The notes beneath the pieces were generated by a model. That model had not been told where the DNA came from. It worked only from the letters and a program-made list of their open reading frames with translations, and made no database searches. Position numbers and translations under genes: made by a program. This document shows positions 1-13,377 of a DNA stretch of 64,000 nt, in pieces. Each line of letters begins with the position of its first letter. The stretch's first letter is position 1. The DNA comes from Eledone cirrhosa (Eukaryota): assembly GCA_964016885.1 (NCBI GenBank), contig OZ024752.1, forward strand, positions 30,070,001-30,134,000. Reading direction: 5' to 3'.

Positions 1-2529
1 TTTCAAAATCTCATAGATTCGATATTATGTGAGATAATTATGTAAGATAAAGCCTTTACCATGAAAATATAATAGTATAAATAGAGTAATGTGAATGCTA
101 AAGAGTTAAATGTTATTCCAGACAGTCAACAACAACAAAAAGAACTGCACCATTGATAATACTGTGAAATAAAAATACTAAACTTGAAAGATAATATAGA
201 ATAGAAATGAAACATACAGTGTGGGCTGGGCTATTTTTGTTGTGACACCTACACAACCACTTTACAGTGTGGACTGGACGCTTTTTATTGTGATATCTAC
301 AGTGTAGACTGGGAATTTTTTATTGTGACTCCTACATGACCACTTTACAGTGTGGACTGGGTTTCTTTTCAAGGACTATGTTGGAAAATAAACCTTATTT
401 GGTCATTCTGTGAGAGTATCTTGGTCAGTTTATGAAGAAGTGATGCTAGAGGTGTGAAATCTTGGATGCATTAATTTCAACTCTTCCTATTAATAACTGC
501 ATTGTTTCTTTCCAGGGACTATGTTGAAAAATAAACCTCATTTGGTCATTCCATGAGAGTATCTTGGTAAGCCTATGAACTTTTCAGCCGATCCTCATAT
601 AATAACTGCATTGTTTCTTTCCAGGGACTATGCTGAAAAATAAACCTGATTTGGTCATTCCATGAGAGTGTATTAGTCAGCCAACCGTCATAGACCAAAC
701 CTCTCTGTGGAAAACTAATGTAATGACCATCCTTATTGAACTGTAAGGAATTGCAATTTTAGGCAAAGAGCAAACTCAACCAATCCATTATCCACTACAT
801 TTATTTGACATCTTTTGATCTTCTATAAATGGACAGCATGGCAGAAATGATACAATATGATGCACTTTAATCCACATTGCTATCCATTGTATTGTGGAAT
901 GTACATTATGGTTTGGAAGAAAATTGAAATATGTTTATCATAAATATAAGACTCGACCGTTTCTCCTGAATATCTAGTTATTGATTTCCGGTAGTTAACT
1001 AGCAAGGTCATTAGAACATAGAACAAAATGCCTTGTAGTATTTATTTAAACTTTCCACATTCTTCAGTTGAAATCATGTTTAAGTTGACCTTATTTTTGT
1101 TTTTTTGCTTTTTTGTAAGATCAATAAAATAAAGTAGCAGACTATGGAGGTGGATAAGTGAAATTGTTAATGTTGGATGAAATTCCTTGCAGTATTTGTC
1201 CTAGCTCTTTATGTTTAGAGTTCAAATCCTCCTGTGGCCTACATGAGCGGTAGCCTTAATCTGTTATCCAGTTTAACATGACCATCTGACCCACAAATGC
1301 TTGTAGCTAAGTCTACTATGTTACAAGCATTTGAGCGAGAATTCCAATTTGAGGATATTTTTCTTTCTCCTCCTCCTCAAAAAGGTCTTGCGCACTACCC
1401 TATGTCCCTAACTAAACAGTAAAAAAAGAAAAGTTTTCTTGAGCAGGTCTGATAATAGTAACTCTACAGCAACAACATGCTAATGAGAAAGCTGCCATGC
1501 AATCAGTTATTCTGCTCGACATTGTAGCAAGATTTCCCTCAAACTACACTATACCATTGTAAAAAAAGGAAGGACATAGTGAACATCATAAATAGATGGG
1601 ATAGTCATGGTTGGAATGCTGTTGGTCATTATGCTGCTTCATCAGTCCTGACCTGGGGCTAAATAACAATATAATGACAGTTGCAAAGTTTGAACACACA
1701 TTATGATTCAGATACTAACGCTTTAACCACAAAGAAATTGTTCCATATATAAATATAGGCATATTATTTATTCAAGATATATACTGAACAACACTTTAAA
1801 TACTCTTTAACAACACAATATAACCTAATTCTTTATCAAATTACAGTTATTAATGATGAAAATAAGTGAAAACTTATTAATTGAAGAATATTTTAAAAGT
1901 GTTAATTTGTCAATATGGAATTCAAATATATAATGGTAGAGAGACACAAAAACGCTTGCAACTTTTACGAACAAATAACATTGACTTTTGAAAAGCAATT
2001 ATGAAAACAAATTTTCAAAATGTCAATAGCATAAAAAAAAGACATAAAATTTACTTATATAAATAATTATTATTGAAAAACCAATCAATTTAAGAATTGC
2101 AAAGGTCAAATTTAATACATAGGTTGTATAAAATAAAATAACAATAAAAAATTTCTTTCTAAAAAAATTATTTCACAAAACATTTTCTGAAGAAAAGTAT
2201 AAATTTATCTGCTTTATTTACCTTAAGTTATATAGCTTATTTGCCTGAATTAATATAATTTATGTACCTGAAGAAAAGCATAAAGTTAGCTGGATTATTT
2301 ACCTTAATTAATTGTAATATGATATTTGGATATCCATTGTGAGCTGTCAGGTGTATTGAACAATGACCTAGGAATAGAATTAAAATCATTGAGTTTAATT
2401 AATAATTTTAAAAGAAAATATGTTGAAATAATCAACCTGGAAAAAGACTTGATAAACAGTAGATCTATATCTAGAATTATCCAGAGAAGTTACTAAGAAT
2501 GGCATTTTCTTTTGTGAACGACTTTTCTG

Positions 2530-2720
2530 AAGTAAAATGGGAAAATATGAAGAAGTTCAGAATTAAAGTTTGAATAAGAATTTCTTAGACCAGAAAAAGA
2601 TTAGAAATTTATAGAGGCTGACTGCTGGGTGAAGAAGTGCCAAGTAATACCAGTGGAAAGAGGCCATAGTAGAAGAAGACCAAGGAAGATTTGGATGGAA
2701 GTCTACATAGACCAAGTCAG
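2530..2720 (+). mobile_element. Decayed RTE-like LINE ORF C-terminus
   Basis: Translation VKKCQVIPVERGHSRRRPRKIWME resembles the end of the RTE ORF at 56617 (ITKCRAIKIDGSHGIGRPRKTWDE). Confidence 0.55.
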
Positions 2721-3227
2721 TACTGAAATGGTGGCTACTGATCTCCTATACAAGCTAGGGATCTGTTGTCTCACTTATGTATGGTCTCATCTTCTACTGA
2801 GTGTACAGGGAAGGGTGTCATGTCTTTGACAAAAATACAGCAGTGTAATCTGCACAATAATTAAAATCTTAGGATTTTTTACAATATTATTATTTTGGAT
2901 CCCTAGTTAAGAATTAAAAAAAATGAAAGTAAGAAAGCTATTATTAAGTTGGGACCAATTTTATATGGATGGAATGGGTTTCCAATAGCTTCTAATGTAG
3001 AGCATTGCTGTGAGCTTATAAAGACAAACTGTTGACAGAAGGGCCTTTAATGCACTTGTTATTGAAATGGTCAGCAGCAAAGGCACTTCTGGTGTAACAA
3101 GTAACAAGATGGAGACTTTGGGGGTAAATCACTTCTTCTTATATTTGTAAATGTTTGTCGTGCAATAAACAACAGTTCAACAAGTCACCATTTGTTGTTA
3201 TTTTGCATATCGCTTAACTAAAACTAT

Positions 3228-3490
3228 AACATTTAAACCAGCTGTATCCAGCCAGAATTCTCTCACCTCTTTCTGTTCAAACTGGCCATAACTGGCCACT
3301 CATACTTATGTTAAGGTATTGTTCTCAAAATCAATAATATCAAAATCTCATAGATTCGATATTATGTAAGATAAAGTGTTTACCATGAAAATACAATAGT
3401 AATGTAAATACAATAGTAATGTAAATACAATAGTAATGTAAGTACAATAGTAATGTAAATACAATAGTAATGTAAATGCTAAAGGGTTAA
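3228..3490. mobile_element. Probable MITE remnant with piggyBac-like end; related copy at 1-110
   Basis: Ends AAATGCTAAAGGGTTAA (AGGG terminus plus TTAA). TCAAAATCTCATAGATTCGATATTATGT and the end motif recur at 1-110. Internal 18-bp tandem AATACAATAGTAATGTAA. Confidence 0.4.
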
Positions 3491-4247
3491 TAATGTTTTC
3501 CATAACTTTCTTCCTTAGTTTCATACCTTCATACCACATTCTATTGTCTCCTCATGATATATATTCCTGAACTTCTCAACATGTAGTCGTCTATTCTATG
3601 AACCAGAATACATTTTTATATCTTTCTTCCTTTTTAAATCAAACCCTAAAATAAAAATATATTCTCCCAATGCAGGTGCCATTTTCTATTTCTTTTTTTT
3701 TCATCTTTGAAGTTCTTAACAAAAGAGAAGATTTGTAGGTGAAAATAAAAATATATTCAAAGTAAAATAAGTAGACACAGAAGTAGTCTTCACTTATTCT
3801 GCTTCGTTGACAAGGTATAGCTGTGAGAAAATAAAGAGAGAACTATTGAGAGAGGAGGAGAGAGAGAAACAGAGAAAGAAAAGAAAAAGCATGGTTGTTT
3901 GTTGTGCCTCTTGGGATTACTTTCAGGGAGATTGGGATAAATGCGCTAAGTACAAATGTGAAGGTACATTTATATAGATACGATACAAAAATAGTTCAGT
4001 ACACTGATACACTTTCTTCTCACTTTCTTCGCTTGCTGATAGTAAAATGTACAGTTATGCTTGCAGTGAATATCTTTTGAAAGAAATAGGATTGAGAAGT
4101 TAGAAGAAAAATGGTTTGAAAAGATGGATTATTCTTGAGAAAACAGCTGCTTACTGATGCTTGTAACAATACGTTTGGAGATCTTAGAAAGCAAACATAG
4201 AAGAGAACAATTCAAAGTAGTTTAAGATATTCTTTTTATATATGTAT

Positions 4248-4293
<46 letters not shown>

Positions 4294-5012
4294 TCAGCTT
4301 AAAATGATATACAAAGAGACATTTGCAAGGTAAATAATGAATGAAAGGACAGGTGAAAAAACAATGCAATGTTTTGGGCCAAGTAGAAAAGATCTTTATT
4401 TGTTTTTATTGATTGATGTTTTGGAATTTTCTTCTTTTCGGATTCATATTCTTGTAATAATAGCAGCTTTTCAAATACATCTCGTGTGAAATGATACAGT
4501 AAAGTTTCTCTTTGAAGCTGTAAAAGAGCTATAATGATGTGGAAAGTGGGGGATAAAATATGTAGATATATATCTCTTATAGAATAATTCCCTTGTTAAC
4601 AGCTACTAAAAATAACTTATTGAGAAATATACTCCAAATAGGCACAGAAATGGGTGTGTAGTTAAGAAGTTTGATTCACAACTTTGTCGGTTTGCGTTCA
4701 ATCCCACTCTGCAGCCCTTTCAGTAAGTAGTATCTTCTATCATAGTCTCAAGTTGACCAAATCATTGGGAGTGAAATTTGGTAGACAGAAACTGTGAGAA
4801 TGCCCACTACCCACTGGAGGAAACACTCAGTTTAAGGAGGTAGAGTAGACTTAATCTGTTTTCTAGATTACCATTAACATCACTAGACTCCTATGCACCT
4901 TTAACTGAGTATACTTGGTTGAAAGCATTCAGGCCAAGTTCATTGTTTGATGATAACCTCCTCCAGTCTACCCACCCTTCTTAGAAGCCTTACACTCACA
5001 CACACACACACG

Positions 5013-5053
<41 letters not shown>

Positions 5054-5055
5054 GT

Positions 5056-5437
5056 GGAGGCACATGGCTTAGTGGTTAGATCATTGGCCTTGCAATTGAA
5101 AGGTTGTAAGTTCAATTCTCAGACCAGGTGATGTGTTGTTTCCTTGAGCAAGACACTTTATTTCACATTGCTCCAGTTTACTCAGCTGTAGAAATGAGAT
5201 GATAGGGACTGGGGTCCCAGTCTCTATCATTCCACTGCAAAGTGGTCGTGGAGGTGCCACGGCAAAAAAAACACCCAGCACACACAGTAAAGTGGTCGTG
5301 GAAGTGCCACGGTAAAAAAGCACCCAGCACTCACTGTAAATGAGGTTGGTGTTAGGAAGGGCATCCAGCTGTAGAAATCACGCCAGAATCAGTTCCCGTC
5401 CCACCCTTGCAAGCAGGGAAAAAGCAGACGTAAAATG
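5056..5437 (+). mobile_element. tRNA-derived CORE-type SINE (family 1) with RTE-like 3' tail
   Basis: A box TGGCTTAGTGG and B box AGTTCAATTC. CORE-like CCTTGAGCAAGACACTT...CAGTTTACTCAGCTGTAGAAATGAG. ATGAA/ATG tail. Multiple near-identical copies in the window. Confidence 0.85.
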
Positions 5438-5970
5438 AAATGAATGAAATGAATGAAATGATGATATATATATATATATATATATACATATATATACAAA
5501 TACATATATATACATACATATATATACAAATACACATACATACATACATGGTGGCTGCCAACTCGTTTTCGAGTACGGCCACTACTTTATATCCATGTAG
5601 GAGAACCCCTACCGATGCGCTGAACGAGTGTGACTTTTTAGTCCAGCCAGCGACTTGAAAACTCTGGTACAAACACTACACTTGTGACAATTATTGACAC
5701 ATAGTGCTGGGCCCATGGTACCATGTGACGACAAGTGCAGAGAGATCTCCAGATATAAAGCAATGCCTGTGCCGTGAAGCTTTTATAGTGAGCAAAGGCA
5801 CTGCACAAAGCCAGTCCCACTCTCTTAACCAAGATGATATTTACAAAAAGGAAGAACAAGTCAACATCATTGGATACCATCAGGGTTGCAGGTGTTATAT
5901 CAGAGTTTTCCTTCTCCTAGAATTCTGCCTTGACAAAGGGTAAGGGGTCATCTCTACATACGTACATACA

Positions 5971-6135
5971 TTTGTTAGACTATATATATGTGTTTATATC
6001 TATATCATATCTGTATTTTTGACCGTTGGTCATTCAATGGTAAAGATTGAGGACCGAATGAATTAACTGTGGAGATATAAATGATACAGAAGCAAAAACC
6101 AACCAAACAGTGAGTGTGTTCTGTTATTATTTTGA
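5971..6135 (+). mobile_element. Penelope-like pLTR fragment
   Basis: Reverse-complement homology to 61575-61740 and 38200-38350 (CAGAAGC..AAACCAACCAAACAGTGAGTGTGTTCTGTTA). Confidence 0.7.
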
Positions 6136-6270
6136 AAATTTGGACTGTGAACAACAATTATAATTGAGTGGCTGCTATTTGCAGTATAGAAATATAAGGT
6201 TGCACTTACCAATGAAATGGTCGTAAATACCTGGATAAAATCCTTCTCTTAATGCTTACCTGTGTTTTCA
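6128..6270. repeat. Unclassified dispersed repeat; inverted copy at 62870-63010
   Basis: Near-identical reverse complement; both give the ORF text KTQVSIKRRILSRYLRPFHW. Both copies lie next to PLE fragments. Confidence 0.7.
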
Positions 6271-6441
6271 CTTTTATACTATATATATATATATACATAT
6301 ATATATACATATATATATACATATATACATATATACATATATAATGTAGGAGGTGAGTTTTATTGTAGTACAATAAAGCAATGCAGATATCGGATAAGAA
6401 GCACTCTACAGTTTGTAGGACTGGAGTATACATAATATATA

Positions 6442-6490
<49 letters not shown>

Positions 6491-6747
6491 GGTTTGTGGT
6501 TCACCACTGTATAGAGCTGTTCTATTCCGTATGGTCAATCGTAATGTAATAATATAGAGAGTACTCAACGTAAAGCAGTTCAACCGTCTTTGTTTTTGTA
6601 GTTGGTGGTGCTATTACGGAGTTAAATATTATAATGAAATGACAGGAGGCTGGATTTGTGTAAATCCTTGAAAGGTTTATTATACTCTGATCATTTCAAT
6701 GACCGGGTTCCATATGAATCCGGTGATATCATCAGGTATTCGAAATA

Positions 6748-6930
6748 TAATTGTTTCTACTTTAGGCACAAGGCCAGCAAATTACCCAGTGCATTACTGG
6801 TACTTTATTTTATCGACCCCGTAAGGATGAAAGGCAAAGTCAACCTCGGCGGGATTTGAACTCAGATCATAAAGGGACGTAACTATGCTGGAAAGCATGG
6901 CGTCCGACCCTCTACCGATACTGCCAATAG
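6748..6930 (-). mobile_element. tRNA-derived SINE family 2 (Meta-domain-like)
   Basis: Minus strand has B box GAGTTCAAATCCC followed by GCCTTTCATCCTTACGGGGTCGATAAAATAAAGTACCAG. Repeated about 7 times in the window. Confidence 0.8.
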
Positions 6931-6997
6931 ATAAAATCCATGGGGCTGAAAATCGAGGACCCGAGGGCAACTGCTATCTTGCACCCTCTATCTTATA

Positions 6998-7580
6998 CTT
7001 ACATATACACATATATATATATATACATATATATACATATATATATATACATATACACATATATATATATATACATATATATACATATATATATATACAT
7101 ATACAAATATATATATATATACATATATATACATATATATATACATATATATATATATATACATATACAAATATATATATATATATACATATATATTCAT
7201 ATATATATATATACATATATACGTTATTCCGGGTTGAATCGGAGGTAACCACAGTAAGTAAGGTACTTATATATACATATATATATATACATATATATTC
7301 ATATATATATATATACATATATATATATACATATATATACATATATATATATACACACATATATATATATACATATATATATATATACATATATATACAT
7401 GTACAAATATATATATATATACATATATATATACACACATATATATATATACACATATATATATATACACACATATATATACACACATATATATATATAT
7501 ACACATATATATATATATACACACATATATATACACACATATATATATATACACATATATATATACACACATATATATAC

Positions 7581-7633
<53 letters not shown>

Positions 7634-7707
7634 TATACATACACACATATATATATATATACGTATATATACATACATATATATATATATACACATATAT
7701 ATACATA

Positions 7708-7745
<38 letters not shown>

Positions 7746-7846
7746 CATATATATATATACATATATACACATATACATATATATACATATATATACATAT
7801 ATATATATACATATATATACATTTACTAAACATATATATATATATG
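6998..7846. repeat. (TA)n/(CATA)n compound microsatellite
   Basis: Direct inspection. Confidence 0.95.
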
Positions 7847-8094
7847 CAATTATACTAGAAAAAGGAAAATAACATTAGTTAACTAATATATTGTTTTACC
7901 AAGATATATCATTTCCTTTCCAATATTTAGTCTTCTCTGCTCTACTTACAGTGATCAGCTCTTACATTGTTATCTGAAGTAGCAAACTAATGTTTTAATT
8001 CATGTTACTTTTAAAACAAATTGTAACATGACGTATCATCATCATCATCATGACTTGCTTGGATTCCTGTTGGAATGTAAGCTTTCCGTGTAAG

Positions 8095-9435
8095 CGCTCC
8101 ATGTAGGCTCTCCATGTATCCTCTCCATGTAGGCTCTCCATGTAGGCTCTCCATGTATCCTCCACATAAGACTCTCCATGTATCCTCCCCACAGAAGACT
8201 CCATGTATCCTCGCCATGTAGGCTCACCATGTAGCCTCCACATAAGACTCTCCATGTATCCTCCCCACAGAAGACTCTCCATATATCCTCTCCACAGAAG
8301 ACTCCATGTATCCTCTCCACAGTAGACTCTCCACAGAAGACTCTCCATATATCCTCTCCAGAGTAGACTCTCCATATATCCTCTCCAGAGTAGACTCTCC
8401 ATATATCCTCTCCACAGAAGACTCCATGTATCCTCTCCACAGAAGACTCTCCATATATCCTCTCCACAGAAGACTCCATGTATCCTCTCCACAGAAGACT
8501 CTCCATATATCCTCTCCACAGAAGACTCTCCATATATCCTCTCCAGAGTAGACTCTCCATATATCCTCTCCAGAGTAGACTCTCCATATATCCTCTCCAC
8601 AGAAGACTCCATATATCCTCTCCACAGAAGACTCCATGTATCCTCTCCACAGAAGACTCTCCATATATCCTCTCCAGAGTAGACTCTCCATATATCCTCT
8701 CCACAGAAGACTCCATGTATCCTCCCCACAGAAGACTCTCCATATATCCTCTCCACAGAAGACTCTCCATATATCCTCTCCACATAAGACTCTCCATGTA
8801 TCCTCCCCACAGAAGACTCCATGTATCCTCTCCACAGAAGACTCTCCATGTATCCTCCCCACAGAAGACTCCATGTATCCTCTCCACAGAAGACTCTCCA
8901 TGTATCCTCTCCACAGAAGACTCTCCATATATCCTCTCCACAGAAGACTCTCCATGTATCCTCTCCACAGAAGACTCTCCATATATCCTCTCCACAGAAG
9001 ACTCTCCATGTATCCTCTCCACAGAAGACTCTCCATATATCCCCTCCACAGAAGACTCTCCATATATCCTCTCCACAGAAGACTCCATGTATCCTCTCCA
9101 CAGAAGACTCCATGTATCCTCTCCACATAAGACTCTCCATGTATCCTCTCCACAGAAAACTCTCCATGTATCCTCTCCACAGAAGACTCTCCATGTATCC
9201 TCTCCACATAAGACTCTCCATGTATCCTCTCCATGTAGGCTCTCCATGTAGGCTCTACATGTATCCTCACCATGTAGGCTCTCCATGTAGGCTCTACATG
9301 TATCCTCACCATGTAGGCTCTCCATGTATCCTCTCTATGTAGGCTCCCCATGTAGGCTCTACATGTATCCTCACCATGTATGCTCTCATTGTATCCTCAC
9401 CATGTAGGCTCTCCATGTACCCTCTCCATGTAGGC
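8095..9435. repeat. Minisatellite, 24-26 bp unit CCATATATCCTCTCCACAGAAGACTCT
   Basis: Tandem copies with degenerate CCATGTAGGCTCT edges; explains the MESLLWRGY ORFs. Confidence 0.95.
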
Positions 9436-9479
9436 ATTCTATAGTAGTCTTCTCTGCTCTATTGTATGCTTTTCTTCTT

Positions 9480-9670
9480 ACTCGATTCCATGTCATCCGT
9501 GTCACCTTCAATTCCTCATATGTTGATCTATGCCAGGTGATCCTGGGCTATACTGCTTCCTAACAACCCCACCCACAAATTCCAATCCAAGGCTTGCCTT
9601 GCCAAACATCTGTCTGGTCTTCTTAACATATGGCCTATGTAGCTCCACCCACATCTTACTATCTTGTTGA
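9480..9670 (-). mobile_element. Decayed RTE-like LINE C-terminal fragment
   Basis: Translation [26 protein letters not shown] matches the W.GH..R...AL.W pattern of RTE ORF ends. Confidence 0.6.
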
Positions 9671-9671
9671 C

Positions 9672-9735
9672 GTCACACACACACATACTTGTTGGCATTA
9701 TATGTACGTATGTGTGAGTGTGTATGTGTGTGTAA

Positions 9736-9772
<37 letters not shown>

Positions 9773-10157
9773 TACATATTTGTATATATATATACATATA
9801 TATATATATATACACATGTACATACATATATATACATATATATATATATACATATTCATATATATATATATGTATGTACATATATACATATATATATACA
9901 TATACATACATATATATATATATGTGCATACATATATACATATATATATACATATACATATATATGTGCATACATATATACATATATATATACATATACA
10001 TATATACATATATATATACATATACATACATATATATATACATACATATATATATATATACATACATATATATATACATACATATATGTATATATATTCA
10101 TGCATATCTATATACATACATACATATTTATATACATACATACATGTATATGTATAT

Positions 10158-10231
<74 letters not shown>

Positions 10232-10252
10232 ACATATGTACATATATACACA
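9672..10252. repeat. (TA)n/(CATA)n microsatellite
   Basis: Direct inspection. Confidence 0.95.
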
Positions 10253-11109
10253 CAAGTCTATCAAACAAATTCTTCTTCTAAAGGAGAAACAAGTTGATGT
10301 GATATTTATTGTGTTTGTTTGGTAACTTTTGTTTGACTGATCAAGCAGCTTTGCCAAGAGGAAATAGTATGAAGCAAATGCAACTATAACATACCACCAT
10401 ACCACAATACCAAAAAAAATACAGTTTATTTCTCATCAATATGTTAACAGCTTGAGGGTGGTGTGATGGTGAAAATTCTCTAAACCTCATTAGGATTTGA
10501 ATTCAGAAGTTTAAGCCAGTAAAGTATTTGCCAATCATATTATCAATCTTGTATTCTTTCACCAATATATCAGTCTTTTGTTCTGAGTAGTAGTAAACTT
10601 AAGTTGATAAATAGCTTAGCTTAACATTTTTTTTTTTTTTTTGTAGTTCTGATGTCACAAGAAGAGATATATGAGCGTATTGAAGCAATTGAATAGCATT
10701 CTATTAGTTTAACAAACAACAATACTATATGGCGCAGCAGATAACTATTATATTTGCTACATTACAAGAAACTCGTGTAGAGGTTTAAATTCTTTTATTC
10801 TTTTGTTAGTTTCAGTCATTAGACTGCGACCATGCTGGGGCAACATCTGAAAGTTGATCATATCAAGTCCAGTTCTGATTTTATCAATCTATTACTGAAC
10901 CACTAAGTTATTGGATACACAAACACAGACACAAATGTAATGTAAAAACAGACATGGTCCTTGTTGATATTGTTGTTGTGATGATGTGACAGAAACAACA
11001 CCAGTTTAAATACTATACAGCATTCAGTCTACCAAAAAAGGTTTTGACTATCATGTTCTTGGAATAATAATCATAACAACAACAACAACAATATTGTCAT
11101 GTTGTTATA

Positions 11110-11570
11110 GTGCTAGTCTCCGCCCCCTGCCATGCTTCTCTCAACAAGATTGTAAAGCATGGCCTGGATGCTGCAGGCTTCCCTTCCCAGCTCGAGCCAG
11201 TGGGGCTGGACTGAGGCGATGGCATCAGGCCAAATGGCATGACAATTTTCTCGTTCTGGGATGCCACATGTTGTTACACCTTTTCTAGTGGCAACCTGGT
11301 TCAGCTATCAGCCCAGGCTTTGTTGCCCTCCAGATCGATGAGGGCAAACTGTTAAAGTATCGGCCACTCTCTCATAGGGTTTGTGGTTGAGCCTGTGGTA
11401 GTGGAGACTTCTGGTTTTCTTTGTCCCTGGACCCCATTCCTGCTCACTGTTATCAGAGTGGAGTTCGCTACCTACAAGTGTGAGCTATGCAAGATGAAGT
11501 GGCTATTCCAGCATGTCTCCCTCACCATCCTCTGGGGCAATGTCTTCTCCATCCTGTCTACAGGGATCAT
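11110..11570 (+). mobile_element. Decayed CRE-like non-LTR retrotransposon, restriction-like endonuclease (RLE) domain
   Basis: Frameshifted translation DGIRPNGMT...WDATC...KLLKY..L...VEPVVVETSG...WLFQHVSLTILWGNVFSIL matches the RPDG/WD/K..KY/P...ET.G/QR.S.....GN pattern. Confidence 0.7.
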
Positions 11571-12199
11571 GAGGCAGGCTGACCCTTAATCTGCATTGCT
11601 AAACTTGAAGATAGTTACACCAATGTCATTATTTAATGTCATCATGTTCTTAAGCAAGACACTCCATTTCATATTGCTCGAGTACACTCAACTGAAAATG
11701 AGTACTATCAAACAGTAGTTTTTTAAGTACTTCCATCCATTCCTGTTAGATGTATTATCTACTAGCCATAATATTAACAGAAGAAAACTATACATAACAT
11801 ATTGGAAACTTAAACAAAACTCAAAGATATTTGCTGCAACTAAATATCTATATAAAAATTAAAAAGACCAACTAAAATTGGTTACGGGTGAATCAATCTT
11901 AAAATATGACATCATAAAACTGAAATATTTGAAGAAACTTTGAAAGAAATATCAGAACAGGAAGTGTAAAATTAACAAGAGATTCAATTTTCCAAAACTT
12001 AGGGACAACACCCAAATAGTTTTTATAATTTCAGTCTCCAGAGAAGTAGAAAAATATGTTTACTTTCAGAAATATGTAATCTGTAATTAAAATGTTAACG
12101 CTAACTCTAAAATAGTTTTGGTATGGAAAAGATCATACAAATCCCTTTGGTGTTAGATTTAGTAAATTGTTCAAAAATTTATTATCCTTTTCTTTACAA

Positions 12200-12745
12200 T
12201 TGAAATCATCAGTTCCAATGATAAATGTTCCAGTTGTTTGATCAATAGAACAGGTTGCTCATGAAATTAACATGGCTGAGCATTCCACAGACATGTATAC
12301 CCTTAATATAATTTTCAGAAAGATTCAGTATGACACAGTCCCTCTTCTTTTTCTTGAGCCCAGAGACTCATCAGGTCAGTGCATATCCTGGTTAAACGTG
12401 GAATTAAGTGACTGAAAGTACAAGACTCTCCCTGAACAAGATGCCAGTCTATCACAAGGTTAAACCCTCAGCTACTTCTGCTACTCATTTTCAGCTGAGT
12501 ATACTGGAGCAATGTGAAGTAAAGTGTTTTGCTCAAGAACACAATGCATAACCCAGTCAAGGAATCAAACCCATGACATTATGATCATAAGTTGAATACC
12601 CTATAACACAGTGTAGGTACAACTATTCCTTTTTTTTCAGCTGAGTAGACTAGAACAGCGTGAAGTAAAATATCTTGCTCAATGACAGAATGTGCTGCTA
12701 AGAATTAAGCTCCAAACACTCTAACCACTACATCATGTGCCTTCA
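12200..12745 (-). mobile_element. Cluster of older CORE-SINE fragments
   Basis: CAGCTGAGT..ACTGGAGCAATGTGAAGTAAAGTGT..TGCTCAAG occurs twice. 12200-12335 is the reverse complement of the 16570-16700 tail. Confidence 0.6.
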
Positions 12746-13039
12746 CACACACACATGCACACACACACACACACAGAGAGGGTAGATGGAAAAAAAGTTA
12801 GGCCTTCTTGCTGGCCATTCATGTAGACCTCAATGGCCCGGCCAATATTCTGGAAATTGGACATTAAGCCAAGTTACAGGTAGCACATGCATGAGGTCAT
12901 AGATGTTGTTCCAAGTGTTCACAGTAGGCCAAATGTTATAAGTAATTTTCAATAGGGAGTTTCTTTCCACCCCTACCCTGTACTTTCCTTGGATCCTACA
13001 GTAGCTTTTGAATTTCTGACATTAATATCATCATCATCA

Positions 13040-13377
13040 TCATTTTACGTCCACTTTTCCCTGCTTGCAAGGGTGGGACGGGAACTGATTCTGGCTTGAT
13101 TTCTACAGCTGGATGCCCTTCCAAACACCAACCTCATTTACAGTGAGTGCTGGGTGCTTTTTTTCCGTGGCGCCTACACGTCCACTTTACAGTGTGGGCT
13201 GGGTGCTTTTTTTGCCGTGGTACCTCCACGACCACTTTGCAGTGGGATGATAGGGACCCCAGTCCTATCATCTCATTTCTACAGCTGAGTAAACTGGAGC
13301 AATGTGAAATAAAGTGTCTTGCTCAAGGAAACAACAAGGATTGCAAGGCCAATGCTCTAACCCCTAAGCCATGTGCC
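13040..13377 (-). mobile_element. CORE-type SINE family 1 (internal deletion in head)
   Basis: Reverse complement of the 5056 element, with (CAT)n tail at left. Confidence 0.85.

Noticed and set aside
5056-5125. tRNA-Cys-like gene
   Set aside because: It is the SINE head; the acceptor stem is not intact and it continues into the CORE-like body.
7995-9351. 375-425 aa ORFs
   Set aside because: Translation of a 24-26 bp minisatellite, open in several frames on both strands.
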